Assembly: GCA_965218795.1 (NCBI GenBank)
Contig: OZ244653.1
Location: 3,598,234-3,662,233 of the forward strand
Reading direction: 5' to 3'
DNA from: a bacterium
GTDB taxonomy: Bacteria > UBA8248 > JACPRG01 > G963555815
Length of the DNA stretch: 64,000 bases
A program made the translations under genes and the position numbers. The notes under the pieces were generated by a model. It worked only from the letters and a program-made list of their open reading frames with translations, was not told where the DNA came from and did not search any database. Positions 1-8,372 of this stretch are shown here, in pieces; the first letter of the stretch is position 1, and each line of letters begins with the position of its first letter.

Positions 1-335
1 ACGGCGTAGAGGTCCCTGGCCAGTTTGGGCAGCAAGACCCCGTTGGTGGTCAGCGCCAGGTCCATGTCCGGGTTGATATCCAGCATCAGGCGGATGAGCT
101 TGTCGAGCTCCTTGCGCAGAAGCGGCTCACCGCCGGTCAGGTGATAGCTGTCAAAGCCGAGAGCGGTTGTGATCCGAACAACGCGGGCGATCTCTTCAAA
201 GCTCAGGATCTTCTCTTTCGGGAGCCAGACCATTCCCTCTTCCGGCATGCAGTACTGGCAGCGGAAGTTGCACTGGTCGGTCACCGAGATGCGGAGGTCG
301 TTGTGCTCGCGCCCGTATGTGTCGTAAAGCCCCAT
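1..335 (-). CDS. moaA: GTP 3',8-cyclase MoaA (radical SAM), N-terminal 111 codons; gene continues past the window start
   Basis: Reverse translation from the ATG at 335-333 gives MGLYDTYGREHNDLRISVTDQCNFRCQYCMPEEGMVWLPKEKILSFEEIARVV...HLTGGEPLLRKEL. This has the CxxxCxxC radical-SAM motif plus GGEPLL, as in MoaA N-termini. It is open at the window edge, so it is absent from the ORF track. Confidence 0.85.
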   Translation of the reverse strand, partial: MGLYDTYGREHNDLRISVTDQCNFRCQYCMPEEGMVWLPKEKILSFEEIARVVRITTALGFDSYHLTGGEPLLRKELDKLIRLMLDINPDMDLALTTNGVLLPKLARDLYA

Positions 336-375
336 CTGCCTGAGTCTCGGTTGAGGGTGGCGGCGGATCCCAATC

Positions 376-407
376 AAAAAGGCCGGTGCCCCATGGAGAC
401 GCCGGCC
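376..407 (-). terminator. Intrinsic-terminator-like hairpin between the riboswitch aptamer and the moaA start (candidate expression platform)
   Basis: The minus-strand RNA reads GGCCGGCG-ucuccaugggg-CACCGGCC followed by UUUUUG. It lies about 40 nt upstream of the moaA ATG. Confidence 0.45.
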
Positions 408-431
408 CGGCGAACGGAATCCGCTGGCCCG

Positions 432-533
432 CGTTCTCCTTTCCAAGCACGGGAGGCTGGACGGTCACCCCTCCAACCCTGTCGGCCCTGGGGTCATGGC
501 CCATCCGCCATGCACCCGCGGGCTCGGAGAACG
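432..533 (-). ncRNA. Candidate molybdenum-cofactor (Moco) riboswitch aptamer in the moaA leader
   Basis: The minus-strand RNA has a perfect 8-bp closing helix: CGUUCUCC (533-526) pairs with GGAGAACG (439-432). The 5' side reads CUCCGAGCC. The 3' side reads CAGCCUCCCGUGCUUGGAAAGGAGAAC, which resembles my recollection of the E. coli moaA leader end (GCCUCCCGUAUCUGGAAAGG). There is an internal hairpin CAUGGC/GCCAUG. Its position upstream of moaA fits the class. Confidence 0.55.
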
Positions 534-563
534 GCAATGCTGTCATTCAACGTTCGTCTATTC

Positions 564-591
564 AATATACGCCGGTGTTCCCAGGGGTCAA
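564..591 (-). promoter_or_regulatory. Sigma70-like promoter for the moaA leader
   Basis: Minus strand: TTGACC (591-586), 16-nt spacer, TATATT (569-564). It sits about 25-30 nt upstream of the predicted riboswitch P1. Confidence 0.5.
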
Positions 592-733
592 GGAGGATCG
601 GACGTGAGAAAAACCTCCTCCAGGCGTCCACGGGGAAGCGCGTCCCGGCAAAACGGCGTTTGAGGGGGGACGGCGACCAAGGCTTTGGAGATGACGCGGC
701 GTCTGAGCGCGACGACCGGTTCGCGTTGATTGC

Positions 734-745
734 GGGGGGGGGGGG
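734..745. repeat. G12/C12 homopolymer tract
   Basis: Twelve consecutive G on the + strand, followed by aggaggcgg. It lies 19 nt beyond the TAG stop (767-765) of the minus-strand ORF 765..1175. Confidence 0.95.
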
Positions 746-764
746 AGGAGGCGGAATTGCCCGA

Positions 765-1175
765 CTAAGCCAGCAGCAACGCCAGCGTTTCGACCCAGCT
801 TTTCAGATTGCGCTCGGCGAGCGCCTTGTCGGTCAGTTCCTTATCGGAGTGCGCGACATAGGTGTTGCGGAAGTCATTCACCTTCGTGATGTGATCCAGC
901 AGTTTCTGCGCTCCCGGCAAACGGAACGACTCGCGGACGGCGGCGAACACGCCGTCGAGTTCCGTGTCGTCGTTCAGCGCATAATCAAGGCACGAGCGCA
1001 GCAAGCCGAGCACGGAAAGCGGGTTTCCGTACACCAGCCCACGCTTCAGGTTTTTCGCCATGTTCTGATAGTGGTTGCGTGACCTCCTGTCCACGTCCTC
1101 TAGGTACGGATTGAACCAGTTTTCCTGATCAAGCCGGTTTGTGGGAACCTTATCGCGTAAAAGACTTAGGATCAT
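765..1175 (-). CDS. Hypothetical protein with an RNx4H (HEPN-like) signature; may be the surviving C-terminal module of a decayed methyltransferase/defence gene
   Basis: An intact 136-aa ORF containing ...LLDHITKVNDFRNTYVAHSDKELTD..., which fits the Rx4-6H HEPN pattern. Its reading frame stays open upstream of the ATG as far as the methyltransferase remnant. I recognised no other motif. Confidence 0.45.
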   Translation of the reverse strand: MILSLLRDKVPTNRLDQENWFNPYLEDVDRRSRNHYQNMAKNLKRGLVYGNPLSVLGLLRSCLDYALNDDTELDGVFAAVRESFRLPGAQKLLDHITKVNDFRNTYVAHSDKELTDKALAERNLKSWVETLALLLA

Positions 1176-1574
1176 CGCCTTGGAGGCCTCATCGAACGGA
1201 CCCAGTAATGTATTGAAGACGGGAGAGAAGTTCGGAGCGTCTTCCTTGCGCTCGAAAAACCGATGTAGATGAGACTGATCGCCCCCTTGAACTCCTCAAG
1301 CAGCGAGGCCATCACCAGCTTGTTGTCGCCCCAGATCAGCCGATTCCGAAAATCATCCCGGTGGGCCTTTCCCTCATTGAATATCGAACCCTGCGCCTCG
1401 GCGCGCGCGCGGCTCGTCAATCGTCTCGATCTTCTGGAGCGGCATGGCGAGGCCGGCAGTATTGACCTCGCGGCGGTTGCCGAACTCATCGTATTTCCCC
1501 TCCCAGACCAGCTCGGTTTTCATCCGCGAGAGCGGGTGCGGGTTATCGGGGCCGAAGGCTGTGTTGTCGCTCAT
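1172..1574 (-). pseudogene. N-terminal remnant of an adenine-specific DNA methyltransferase (type III Mod-like), frameshifted and lacking the catalytic domain
   Basis: Frame 1 (1574-1374) reads MSDNTAFGPDNPHPLSRMKTELVWEGKYDEFGNRREVNTAGLAMPLQKIETIDEPRAR. It continues in a second frame as AEAQGSIFNEGKAHRDDFRNRLIWGDNKLVMASLLEEFKGAISLIYI. The frame switch falls in a (GC)n run at about 1399-1412. After LIYI the expected DPPF motif is replaced by unrelated sequence. Confidence 0.6.
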
Positions 1575-1745
1575 TGTGAATGGGTCTCGTTTGTTGGAGG
1601 ATTCTGACGGCCTGGGTGAGATTTCATGAGGCGCCGTCCTTCAACATAACACGCTCTCCGCAATCCTTGACACGGCTTTGGCCCCGATTCTAGAATCTCT
1701 GTCTTGAAACTCCCCAATGGACCTTTCACCTTTGCAGGAACCGTC

Positions 1746-2612
1746 ATGCCGGCGCAAATCTTGAGCGGTAAGGAGATCGGAGAGTCCATCCGCCAGGAGC
1801 TCAAAGCCGAAATCGACGGGATTTCGGCGGGCGGCGGCGGGAGACCCAAACTGGCCGTCGTCCTGGTCGGGGACGACCCCGCCTCGCACGTCTATGTCCG
1901 CAACAAGGAGAAGGCCTGCGTAAAGGTCGGCATCGAAACCGGGGACTGGAAGCCTCCCGCCGACATTTCACAGGACGAGCTCATCGCCCACGTCGACAGG
2001 CTCAACGAGGATCCGGCGGTGAACGGCATCCTGGTTCAGCTTCCGCTTCCCGATCACATCGACGAGGCGTTCGTCCTAGAGCGGATCCTGCCGGAAAAGG
2101 ACGTCGACGGCTTCCACCCCTGCAACCTGGGCCAGTTGGTTCTCGGGGCCGACGTCCTCGCGCCGGCCACGCCCTCGGGCGTCATGGCCATGCTCGACCG
2201 TTCGGATATCGAGATCCTCGGGAAGAACGTGGCGATGGTCGGGCGCAGCCGGATCGTGGGCAAGCCGCTAGCGGCCATGTTCACCAACCGATCCGCCACC
2301 GTGACCGTCTGCCACAGCAAGACCCGCGACCTCAAGGAGGAATGCCGCCGGGCGGACATCGTCGTCGCGGCCATCGGGCGGGCCCGGATGATCGACGCCG
2401 GGTACGTCGGCGACGGCGCCGTGGTCATCGACGTGGGCATCAACCGGGTGGACGACAAGCTGGTCGGCGACGTGGATTTCGATTCGGTCATCGGCAAGGT
2501 CAGCGCCATCACGCCGGTTCCCGGCGGGGTGGGTCCGATGACGATCGCCATGCTGCTGCACAACACCCTGAAGGCTTTCAAGCTCCAGACGAAGGCCGGC
2601 GTCGTCTCATAA
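1746..2612 (+). CDS. folD: Bifunctional methylenetetrahydrofolate dehydrogenase/cyclohydrolase
   Basis: MPAQILSGKEIGESIRQELK...YVRNKEKAC...GILVQLPLP...VDGFHP...VGRSRIVGKPLA...PVPGGVGPMTIAML are typical FolD motifs. I chose the ATG at 1746 within the longer 1704 ORF. Confidence 0.95.
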   Translation: MPAQILSGKEIGESIRQELKAEIDGISAGGGGRPKLAVVLVGDDPASHVYVRNKEKACVKVGIETGDWKPPADISQDELIAHVDRLNEDPAVNGILVQLPLPDHIDEAFVLERILPEKDVDGFHPCNLGQLVLGADVLAPATPSGVMAMLDRSDIEILGKNVAMVGRSRIVGKPLAAMFTNRSATVTVCHSKTRDLKEECRRADIVVAAIGRARMIDAGYVGDGAVVIDVGINRVDDKLVGDVDFDSVIGKVSAITPVPGGVGPMTIAMLLHNTLKAFKLQTKAGVVS

Positions 2613-2626
2613 TGGAGCCCGTCTAA

Positions 2627-4018
2627 ATGGCTCTGCCGGACCTGTTGGACTCCGCTCAGCGGCAGGTCTACACCGTCTCCGCCCTCACCCGCGAAATCCG
2701 CGATCATCTCGAGTCCGGCTATCCCGACGTCTGGGTGGAGGGGGAGGTTTCCAACCTTCGCCGACCGACTTCCGGGCACATCTATTTCACGCTGAAGGAC
2801 GAAAAGGCCCAGCTCCGGGCCGTTCTCTTCAAGATGTCCGCCGCCTTGCTTCGATTCGATCCGGAAGACGGCCTCAAGGTGCTCGTTCGCGGTCGGGTCA
2901 CCGTGTACGAGCCGCGGGGCGAATATCAGTTCTCGGTCAGTCACGTCGAGCCCATGGGGCTGGGACCGCTCGAGCTGGCGTTCCAGCAGACGCGCGAGCG
3001 CCTGGAAAAAGAGGGCCTGTTCGACGAGGGCGGGAAACGGCCTTTGCCCTTCCTGCCGGAACGGATCGGGATCGTCACCTCGCCGACCGGGGCGGCGATC
3101 CGGGACATGCTGCGCGTCCTCTACGATCGGTTTCCCGCCTTGAAGGTGCTGATTGCGCCGGTGCGGGTGCAGGGGGCGGGGGCCGCGCGGGAGATCGCCG
3201 AGGCCATTGAAAATCTGAACCGACAAAAAGACGTCGACGTGATCATCGCCGGGCGCGGCGGCGGCTCCATCGAGGACCTTTGGGCCTTCAATGAAGAGGC
3301 GGTGGCGCGCGCCGTCTTTTCATCCCGCATCCCGGTGATCAGCGCCGTCGGCCACGAAATCGACTTCACCATCGCCGATTTCGTGGCCGACGTTCGGGCC
3401 CCCACGCCGACCGCCGCGGCCGAGATGGCCGTGCCGAAGGTCGAAGCCCTGGCGGACCGGGTCGGAGAACTGGACCAGCGTCTGGCCTCCAAAGTGGCCG
3501 CCCGAATCCGGTCCCACCGCCGCGACCTGAGCGCCCTGCTGGAACGACGTCCCTTCCGGCGGCCGGTTTCGGTGATCCATGAATGGCAGCAGGAGGTGGA
3601 CGACCGGGTGGGGGAACTCGTTGCCGCGGTGCGCCGGAACCTGTCGGTCGGCCGTCTCAGCGTGGATTCGGCTTCCCGCCGACTCCTGACCGCCGCGCCC
3701 AGGGAAACGGCGGCCCGGCTCCGGACGCGGGCCCTGGCGCTTCAGCAGGCCCTGGTCCGCTCGGTGTCCCACCGCGCCCTCCTGACGCGGGAGCGTTTTT
3801 CCGCGCTGGCGCATCGGCTGGATGCCGCCAGTCCCCTGTCCGTTTTGGGGCGGGGGTTTGCCCTCTGCAGGCAGCTCCCGGATTTGAAAGTCCTGAAGAA
3901 TGCTTCGGCCGCTTCGAAAGGGGGCGACGTTCGCGTCGATCTAGCCCGCGGCCATTTGATCTGCGACGTGAAGGAAGTCCATCCCAAGGAGGGGATTTTT
4001 GAAAGAACCGAGCTTTGA
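2627..4018 (+). CDS. xseA: Exodeoxyribonuclease VII large subunit
   Basis: 463 aa. It has an N-terminal OB fold (VWVEGEVSNLRRPTSGHIYFTLKD) and the RGGGSIEDLWAFNEE motif. It is followed by xseB. Confidence 0.95.
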   Translation: MALPDLLDSAQRQVYTVSALTREIRDHLESGYPDVWVEGEVSNLRRPTSGHIYFTLKDEKAQLRAVLFKMSAALLRFDPEDGLKVLVRGRVTVYEPRGEYQFSVSHVEPMGLGPLELAFQQTRERLEKEGLFDEGGKRPLPFLPERIGIVTSPTGAAIRDMLRVLYDRFPALKVLIAPVRVQGAGAAREIAEAIENLNRQKDVDVIIAGRGGGSIEDLWAFNEEAVARAVFSSRIPVISAVGHEIDFTIADFVADVRAPTPTAAAEMAVPKVEALADRVGELDQRLASKVAARIRSHRRDLSALLERRPFRRPVSVIHEWQQEVDDRVGELVAAVRRNLSVGRLSVDSASRRLLTAAPRETAARLRTRALALQQALVRSVSHRALLTRERFSALAHRLDAASPLSVLGRGFALCRQLPDLKVLKNASAASKGGDVRVDLARGHLICDVKEVHPKEGIFERTEL

Positions 4019-4256
4019 AGAAGCCATGACGCGGCTGGAAGAGATCATCCAGCAGCTGGAGGACGGGGAGGCGGAGCTGGATCAGACCCTTTCGCTGTTC
4101 GAGGAGGGGGTCAATCTCTCGAAGCTCTGCCACAGGCGGCTGGAGTCGGCAGAGAAAAAAATCGAGCTTCTCGTCAAGAAAGAGGGAAAGAAGCTGGAGC
4201 GGCGGCCCGTCGAGGATGACGGGGAGGAACTGCCGCTCCTGGAGGAGATCGAATAG
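3999..4256 (+). CDS. xseB: Exodeoxyribonuclease VII small subunit
   Basis: 85 aa reading FEEAMTRLEEIIQQLEDGEAELDQTLSLFEEGVNLSKLC. TTG start preceded by AAGGAGGGG. It overlaps the end of xseA by 20 nt. Confidence 0.9.
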   Translation: MKEPSFEEAMTRLEEIIQQLEDGEAELDQTLSLFEEGVNLSKLCHRRLESAEKKIELLVKKEGKKLERRPVEDDGEELPLLEEIE

Positions 4257-4309
4257 TCCGCCCTTCTCTCTATGGAAGAGGGCGGAGAGACCGTTTCGCC
4301 GGAGCTCCC

Positions 4310-5206
4310 GTGAGCTCATTCGATCTCAATGGGTATATGAAGGAAAAAGCCGCCCTCGTGAACGAGCGGCTGGAGGCGTTCGTCCGCGGAAAAAGGGATG
4401 AGAACGGCCTCTACGAGGCGATGGAGTACAGCCTGATGGCCGGCGGCAAGCGGCTCCGGCCCATCCTGGCGCTGGCGGGCGCGGAGGCCGTCGGGGGAGA
4501 CGCTGCATCCGTTCTCCCGTTTGCGGCCGCGCTGGAGTTCATCCACACCTATTCGCTGGTTCACGACGACCTCCCGGCCATGGACGACAGCGACACCCGC
4601 CGGGGCCGTCCGACCAGCCACAAACGGTTTGGCGAAGCCGCGGCCATTCTGACGGGGGATGCCCTGCTGACGCACGCCTTCGAGCTGATGGCTGATCCGG
4701 CTCAGACCGGGGATCTCGCCCCCCGGCAGGTCCAGAAGGTGGTGTGCGAGGTCTCCCGAGCCATCGGGGTGGAAGGCATGATCGGGGGCCAGGCCGCCGA
4801 CCTCCGGTTCATGGGCGTCCAGCCGGGAGCCGACGATGTGGAATACATCCATCTCCGGAAGACCGCCGCCCTGATCCGGATATCCGTGTGGGGGGGCGCG
4901 GTATTGGGGAACGCGTCGGACTCCGAGGCGGATTCCATCGGCCGTTACGGGCAGAACGTCGGATTGGCATTTCAAATTGCGGATGATATATTGGATGAAA
5001 CGGGCGATTCCACGGTGCTGGGAAAGACTGCGGGGAGCGACCAGGAAGCGGAAAAGGCCACTTATCCGAAGGTTTTCGGTCTCGATCAGTCCCGGAGCCT
5101 CGCCCAGGCGCTTGTGGATGCGGCGCTGGAGGAGTTGTCCGGGTTCGGTGAGGGAGCCGAGCCTGTCCGGAGCATCGCCCATTTCATCGTCGCAAGGGAA
5201 TTTTGA
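4310..5206 (+). CDS. ispA: Farnesyl/geranylgeranyl diphosphate synthase (polyprenyl synthetase family)
   Basis: The two aspartate-rich motifs LVHDDLPAMDD and FQIADDILD are present. It sits in the conserved xseB-ispA-dxs context. Confidence 0.9.
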   Translation: MSSFDLNGYMKEKAALVNERLEAFVRGKRDENGLYEAMEYSLMAGGKRLRPILALAGAEAVGGDAASVLPFAAALEFIHTYSLVHDDLPAMDDSDTRRGRPTSHKRFGEAAAILTGDALLTHAFELMADPAQTGDLAPRQVQKVVCEVSRAIGVEGMIGGQAADLRFMGVQPGADDVEYIHLRKTAALIRISVWGGAVLGNASDSEADSIGRYGQNVGLAFQIADDILDETGDSTVLGKTAGSDQEAEKATYPKVFGLDQSRSLAQALVDAALEELSGFGEGAEPVRSIAHFIVAREF

Positions 5207-5351
5207 CCATGCCGAATCTGATCAGGCCCCCGCAAATCCGATAAGACGGCGGGCGGTTCGAACCCCGCCTCTGCATCCGTGACCGGGGGATCCTGCAAAC
5301 CCATCGTTCTGCTTACTGCAATCGGCGCGCTGTTTGGAGGCCTGATTCAAA

Positions 5352-7301
5352 ATGGAAATTCTGAACACCATCGACAGCCCCGAAGACCTTCGCCGCCTCA
5401 CGGTCCCTCAGGTGGAGCAGTTGGCCGCCGAGGCTCGCGATGAGATCGTTCGGGTCACGACGACCGTCACCGGAGGCCACCTGGGCGCCAACCTGGGCTC
5501 GGTGGAGCTGACGCTCGCCCTGCACTATGTGTTCGACACCCCCGAAGACCAGCTCGTATGGGACGTCGGTCATCAGGTGTACACCCACAAGCTCATTACG
5601 GGAAGGCGCGAACGGTTTGAGACCATCCGGCAGTTCGAGGGGTTGTACGGATTCACCAAGAGAGGCGAAAGCCCCTATGACATCTTCACGACGGCGCACG
5701 CCGGAACGGCGATCTCCACGGCTTTCGGACTGGCCGAGGCCCGCGACAAGCAGGGGCGGAAACACCGGGTCATCGCGGTGGTGGGAGACGGCGCGATGAC
5801 CTCGGGCATCGCGATGGAAGGTCTCAACAACGCCGGCGCCTCCGACACCAATTTCATCATCATCCTCAACGACAACAAGATGTCCATCGCTCCGAACGTT
5901 GGAGCCTTTTCCACCTACCTCAACCGGATCATGACCGGCCATCTGTTCGTGCGCCTGCGGAAGGAGTTCACCAAGCTGCTCAAGCAGATTCCGGGAATCG
6001 GCAACACGGCGGTGAAGGTCGCCCGCAAGCTGGAAGAGGCCGCGAAATCACTGCTTTCTCCGGGGGTCGTCTTTGAGGAGCTGGGATACAAGTACATCGG
6101 CCCCCTCCAGGGGCACAACATCGGCGCGCTGGTTCAGACTTTCGAGAACATCAAGGATTTCGAAGGTCCCTTGCTGGTTCACGTGTTGACCGAGAAAGGC
6201 AAGGGCTGGAAACCCGCCGAAGATGATTTCCTGAGAAAGCACGGGGTGTCCGCGAAGAAGCCCGCACCCCCGGACAAGGGGAACGGAAAGGTTGCGCCGC
6301 CCTCGTATACCGGCGTGTTCGCCAAAGCCATGATCAAGCTGGCCGATCGGGACGAGCGCATCATCGGAATCACGGCGGCCATGCCGGACGGCACGGGCCT
6401 CGACAAGTTCAGCGAGGTCCATCCGGATCGGTGCTATGACGTGGGCATTTCGGAGCAGCACGGCGTGGCCTTCGCCGCCGGCCTGGCGGCCCAGGGGCTG
6501 AAACCCGTTGCGGCGATCTATTCCTCATTTCTCCAGCGGGCGTACGACCAGATATTCCACGACGTCTGCCTCCAGAACCTGCCGGTCACCTTCGCCCTGG
6601 ACCGGGGAGGGGTCGTCGGCGAAGACGGACCCACCCACCACGGCGTTTACGACATGACCTATCTGCGGGCGTTCCCGAACATGGTGATCATGTCGCCCAA
6701 GGATGAGAACGAGCTTCAGCACATGCTTCATACCGGCATCGAGCATCCCGGACCCGCGGCAATCCGCTATCCCCGGGGATCGGGCCTGGGGGTTCCGCTG
6801 GACGAGGAATGCCGTCTTCTGGAGATCGGCAAAGGCGAAATCCTCAGGGAAGGCGATCATGTCGCGTTGTTGGGCATCGGCCGGCCGGTTGCTCCCTCTC
6901 TGCAGGCGGCCGAGCTTCTGGCCGAAGAGGGGATCGAGGCCACCGTCGTCAATATGCGGTTTGCCAAACCCGTGGATGCCGATCTCGTCCGCACCCTGGC
7001 CCGGAACGTGAAAAGACTCATCACGCTCGAGGATCACACCCTGTGCGGCGGATTCAGCAGCGCCGTGTTGGAGACCCTGGCCGATCAGGGGTTGTTGCGC
7101 AGCACCCGGGTCCTTCGCCTGGGAATCCCGGACGCCTTTGTGCCTCACGGGGCGCCGAAGATCCTCATGAAGCTCATCGGGATTGACCCGGACAGCATCG
7201 TGGAAGCGGCGCGGGAGTTCATCAACAACTCCCGGTTCCACCAGCATCAGCCCGAGATTGCAAGGATGGCGCTGGATGGGAAGAAGGCGGCGGCTCGATA
7301 G
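5352..7301 (+). CDS. dxs: 1-deoxy-D-xylulose-5-phosphate synthase
   Basis: 649 aa with GGHLGANLGSVELTLALHYVF, GDGAMTSGIAMEGLNNAG and DRGGVVGEDGPTHHGVYD. Confidence 0.97.
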   Translation: MEILNTIDSPEDLRRLTVPQVEQLAAEARDEIVRVTTTVTGGHLGANLGSVELTLALHYVFDTPEDQLVWDVGHQVYTHKLITGRRERFETIRQFEGLYGFTKRGESPYDIFTTAHAGTAISTAFGLAEARDKQGRKHRVIAVVGDGAMTSGIAMEGLNNAGASDTNFIIILNDNKMSIAPNVGAFSTYLNRIMTGHLFVRLRKEFTKLLKQIPGIGNTAVKVARKLEEAAKSLLSPGVVFEELGYKYIGPLQGHNIGALVQTFENIKDFEGPLLVHVLTEKGKGWKPAEDDFLRKHGVSAKKPAPPDKGNGKVAPPSYTGVFAKAMIKLADRDERIIGITAAMPDGTGLDKFSEVHPDRCYDVGISEQHGVAFAAGLAAQGLKPVAAIYSSFLQRAYDQIFHDVCLQNLPVTFALDRGGVVGEDGPTHHGVYDMTYLRAFPNMVIMSPKDENELQHMLHTGIEHPGPAAIRYPRGSGLGVPLDEECRLLEIGKGEILREGDHVALLGIGRPVAPSLQAAELLAEEGIEATVVNMRFAKPVDADLVRTLARNVKRLITLEDHTLCGGFSSAVLETLADQGLLRSTRVLRLGIPDAFVPHGAPKILMKLIGIDPDSIVEAAREFINNSRFHQHQPEIARMALDGKKAAAR

Positions 7302-8085
7302 CCTGCTGGTCGATAGAGGTCTGGCGCCGACCCGCGAGCGGGCCAAGGCGCTGATTCTGGCCGGGGCCGTTGAGGCGGGAGGCCGTAGAGATCTGAAGCC
7401 CGGCACCGCTGCCGAACCCGATACTTCCATTCGAATCCTTTCTGATCCCATACCCTATGTCAGCCGCGGCGGCGTGAAGCTCGATCACGCGCTGAAGGCT
7501 TTCGGGCTGGATGTTTCCGGCCGGGTGTGTCTGGACGTGGGCGCCTCGACCGGCGGTTTCACCGACTGTCTGCTCGCAGTCGGGGCGTCGGCGGTTTTCG
7601 CCGTCGATGTGGGGTGGGGCCAGCTCGATTGGGGCCTTCGCAACGATCCCCGCGTGACGGTTATCGAAGGGGTCAACGCGCGAGCCCTGTCCGTAGAGGA
7701 TCTGCCGGCCCGGCCCGACTTCGCGGTGGTGGACGTCTCGTTCATTTCCCTGCGGCTGATCTGGCCCCCCGTCGCCGCGGTGCTGAATCCCGGGGGATGG
7801 ATTCTCTCGCTGGTCAAGCCCCAGTTTGAAGTCGGAAAGGGGGAGGTGGGTAAGGGCGGCGTGGTCCGGGAAGCCTCCAAGCACGTCTCCGTCCTTGCGG
7901 GGCTGGTGGAATGCTGCGGGGCCGGCGGGCTGGCCGTGAACGGGGTGATCGCTTCCCCCATCACCGGGGCCAAGGGAAACGTCGAATACTTCCTGCTCCT
8001 CGATCCGGAGGGCGGCCGGAGCCGGGTGACCCTGGATGAGTTGGAGACAACGGTTTCGGAAGTCATGAGCGGGGGCGTTGCATGA
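7276..8085 (+). CDS. tlyA: TlyA-family rRNA 2'-O-methyltransferase (hemolysin A-like)
   Basis: MGRRRRLDSLLVDRGLAPTRERAKALILAGAV (S4 domain) and DVGASTGGFTDCLL (SAM motif). The ATG at 7276 overlaps the dxs 3' end. The longer 7183 ORF start lies inside dxs. Confidence 0.9.
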   Translation: MGRRRRLDSLLVDRGLAPTRERAKALILAGAVEAGGRRDLKPGTAAEPDTSIRILSDPIPYVSRGGVKLDHALKAFGLDVSGRVCLDVGASTGGFTDCLLAVGASAVFAVDVGWGQLDWGLRNDPRVTVIEGVNARALSVEDLPARPDFAVVDVSFISLRLIWPPVAAVLNPGGWILSLVKPQFEVGKGEVGKGGVVREASKHVSVLAGLVECCGAGGLAVNGVIASPITGAKGNVEYFLLLDPEGGRSRVTLDELETTVSEVMSGGVA

Positions 8086-8372
8086 CCGAGGCGGACGAAC
8101 GGAAGGCCCGCGGGATCATTCGCCGGTCGACCGTCTCCGCCGCGGTGGCCGAGGCCGCTCCCGGACCCCTCGGGGGGATTGCGGAGGTTCCCGTTCTTCA
8201 GACCAGAATGCTCGTGGAGATGAGCGAGGTCTTCGGCCGGCCGCTCCGGTTGAAAGAAGCCAGAGACCTGGTCGGCCTGTTGGGCGGGGCGACGGCCTTT
8301 CGCTATCTGTGCCGCAGGTTCGCGCTACGGGCCTGTCGGGCCTTTCCTCCTCCAAGCAGGGGGTTTCTGTGA
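8082..8372 (+). CDS. DUF697-like protein, N-terminal part (the domain seems to continue in another frame)
   Basis: KARGIIRRSTVSAAVAEAAPGPLGGIAEVPVLQTRMLVEMSEVFG resembles my recollection of DUF697. There is an ATGA start/stop overlap with tlyA. The C-terminal 25 aa look non-native. Confidence 0.45.
   Translation: MTEADERKARGIIRRSTVSAAVAEAAPGPLGGIAEVPVLQTRMLVEMSEVFGRPLRLKEARDLVGLLGGATAFRYLCRRFALRACRAFPPPSRGFL

Noticed and set aside
141-1082. A 313-aa + strand ORF spanning the moaA leader, the G12 tract and the antisense strand of the HEPN-like ORF.
   Set aside because: It translates the riboswitch/terminator region and the homopolymer (poly-Gly). It is antisense to better-supported features and contains no recognisable motif. 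It is a typical high-GC open frame.
2054-3226. Long antisense ORFs inside well-supported genes. Examples: 2054..3226, 4316..5182, 14141..15154, 18012..19265, 24689..25876, 25916..27106, 27711..29699, 31642..32823, 40910..42406, 44071..45282, 46023..47396, 51020..53200, 59077..60885, 62744..63955.
   Set aside because: All lie opposite genes with clear family motifs. They are Arg/Gly/Pro-rich low-complexity translations, as expected from stop-codon depletion on the antisense strand of high-GC DNA.
5248-5269. A tRNA-like T-arm (GGCGGGCGGTTCGAACCCCGCC) in the ispA-dxs spacer, considered as a possible tRNA gene or att-site remnant.
   Set aside because: The loop is 10 nt rather than 7. I could not build a complementary acceptor stem, a D-arm or an anticodon arm from the flanking sequence. 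It is probably just a GC hairpin.
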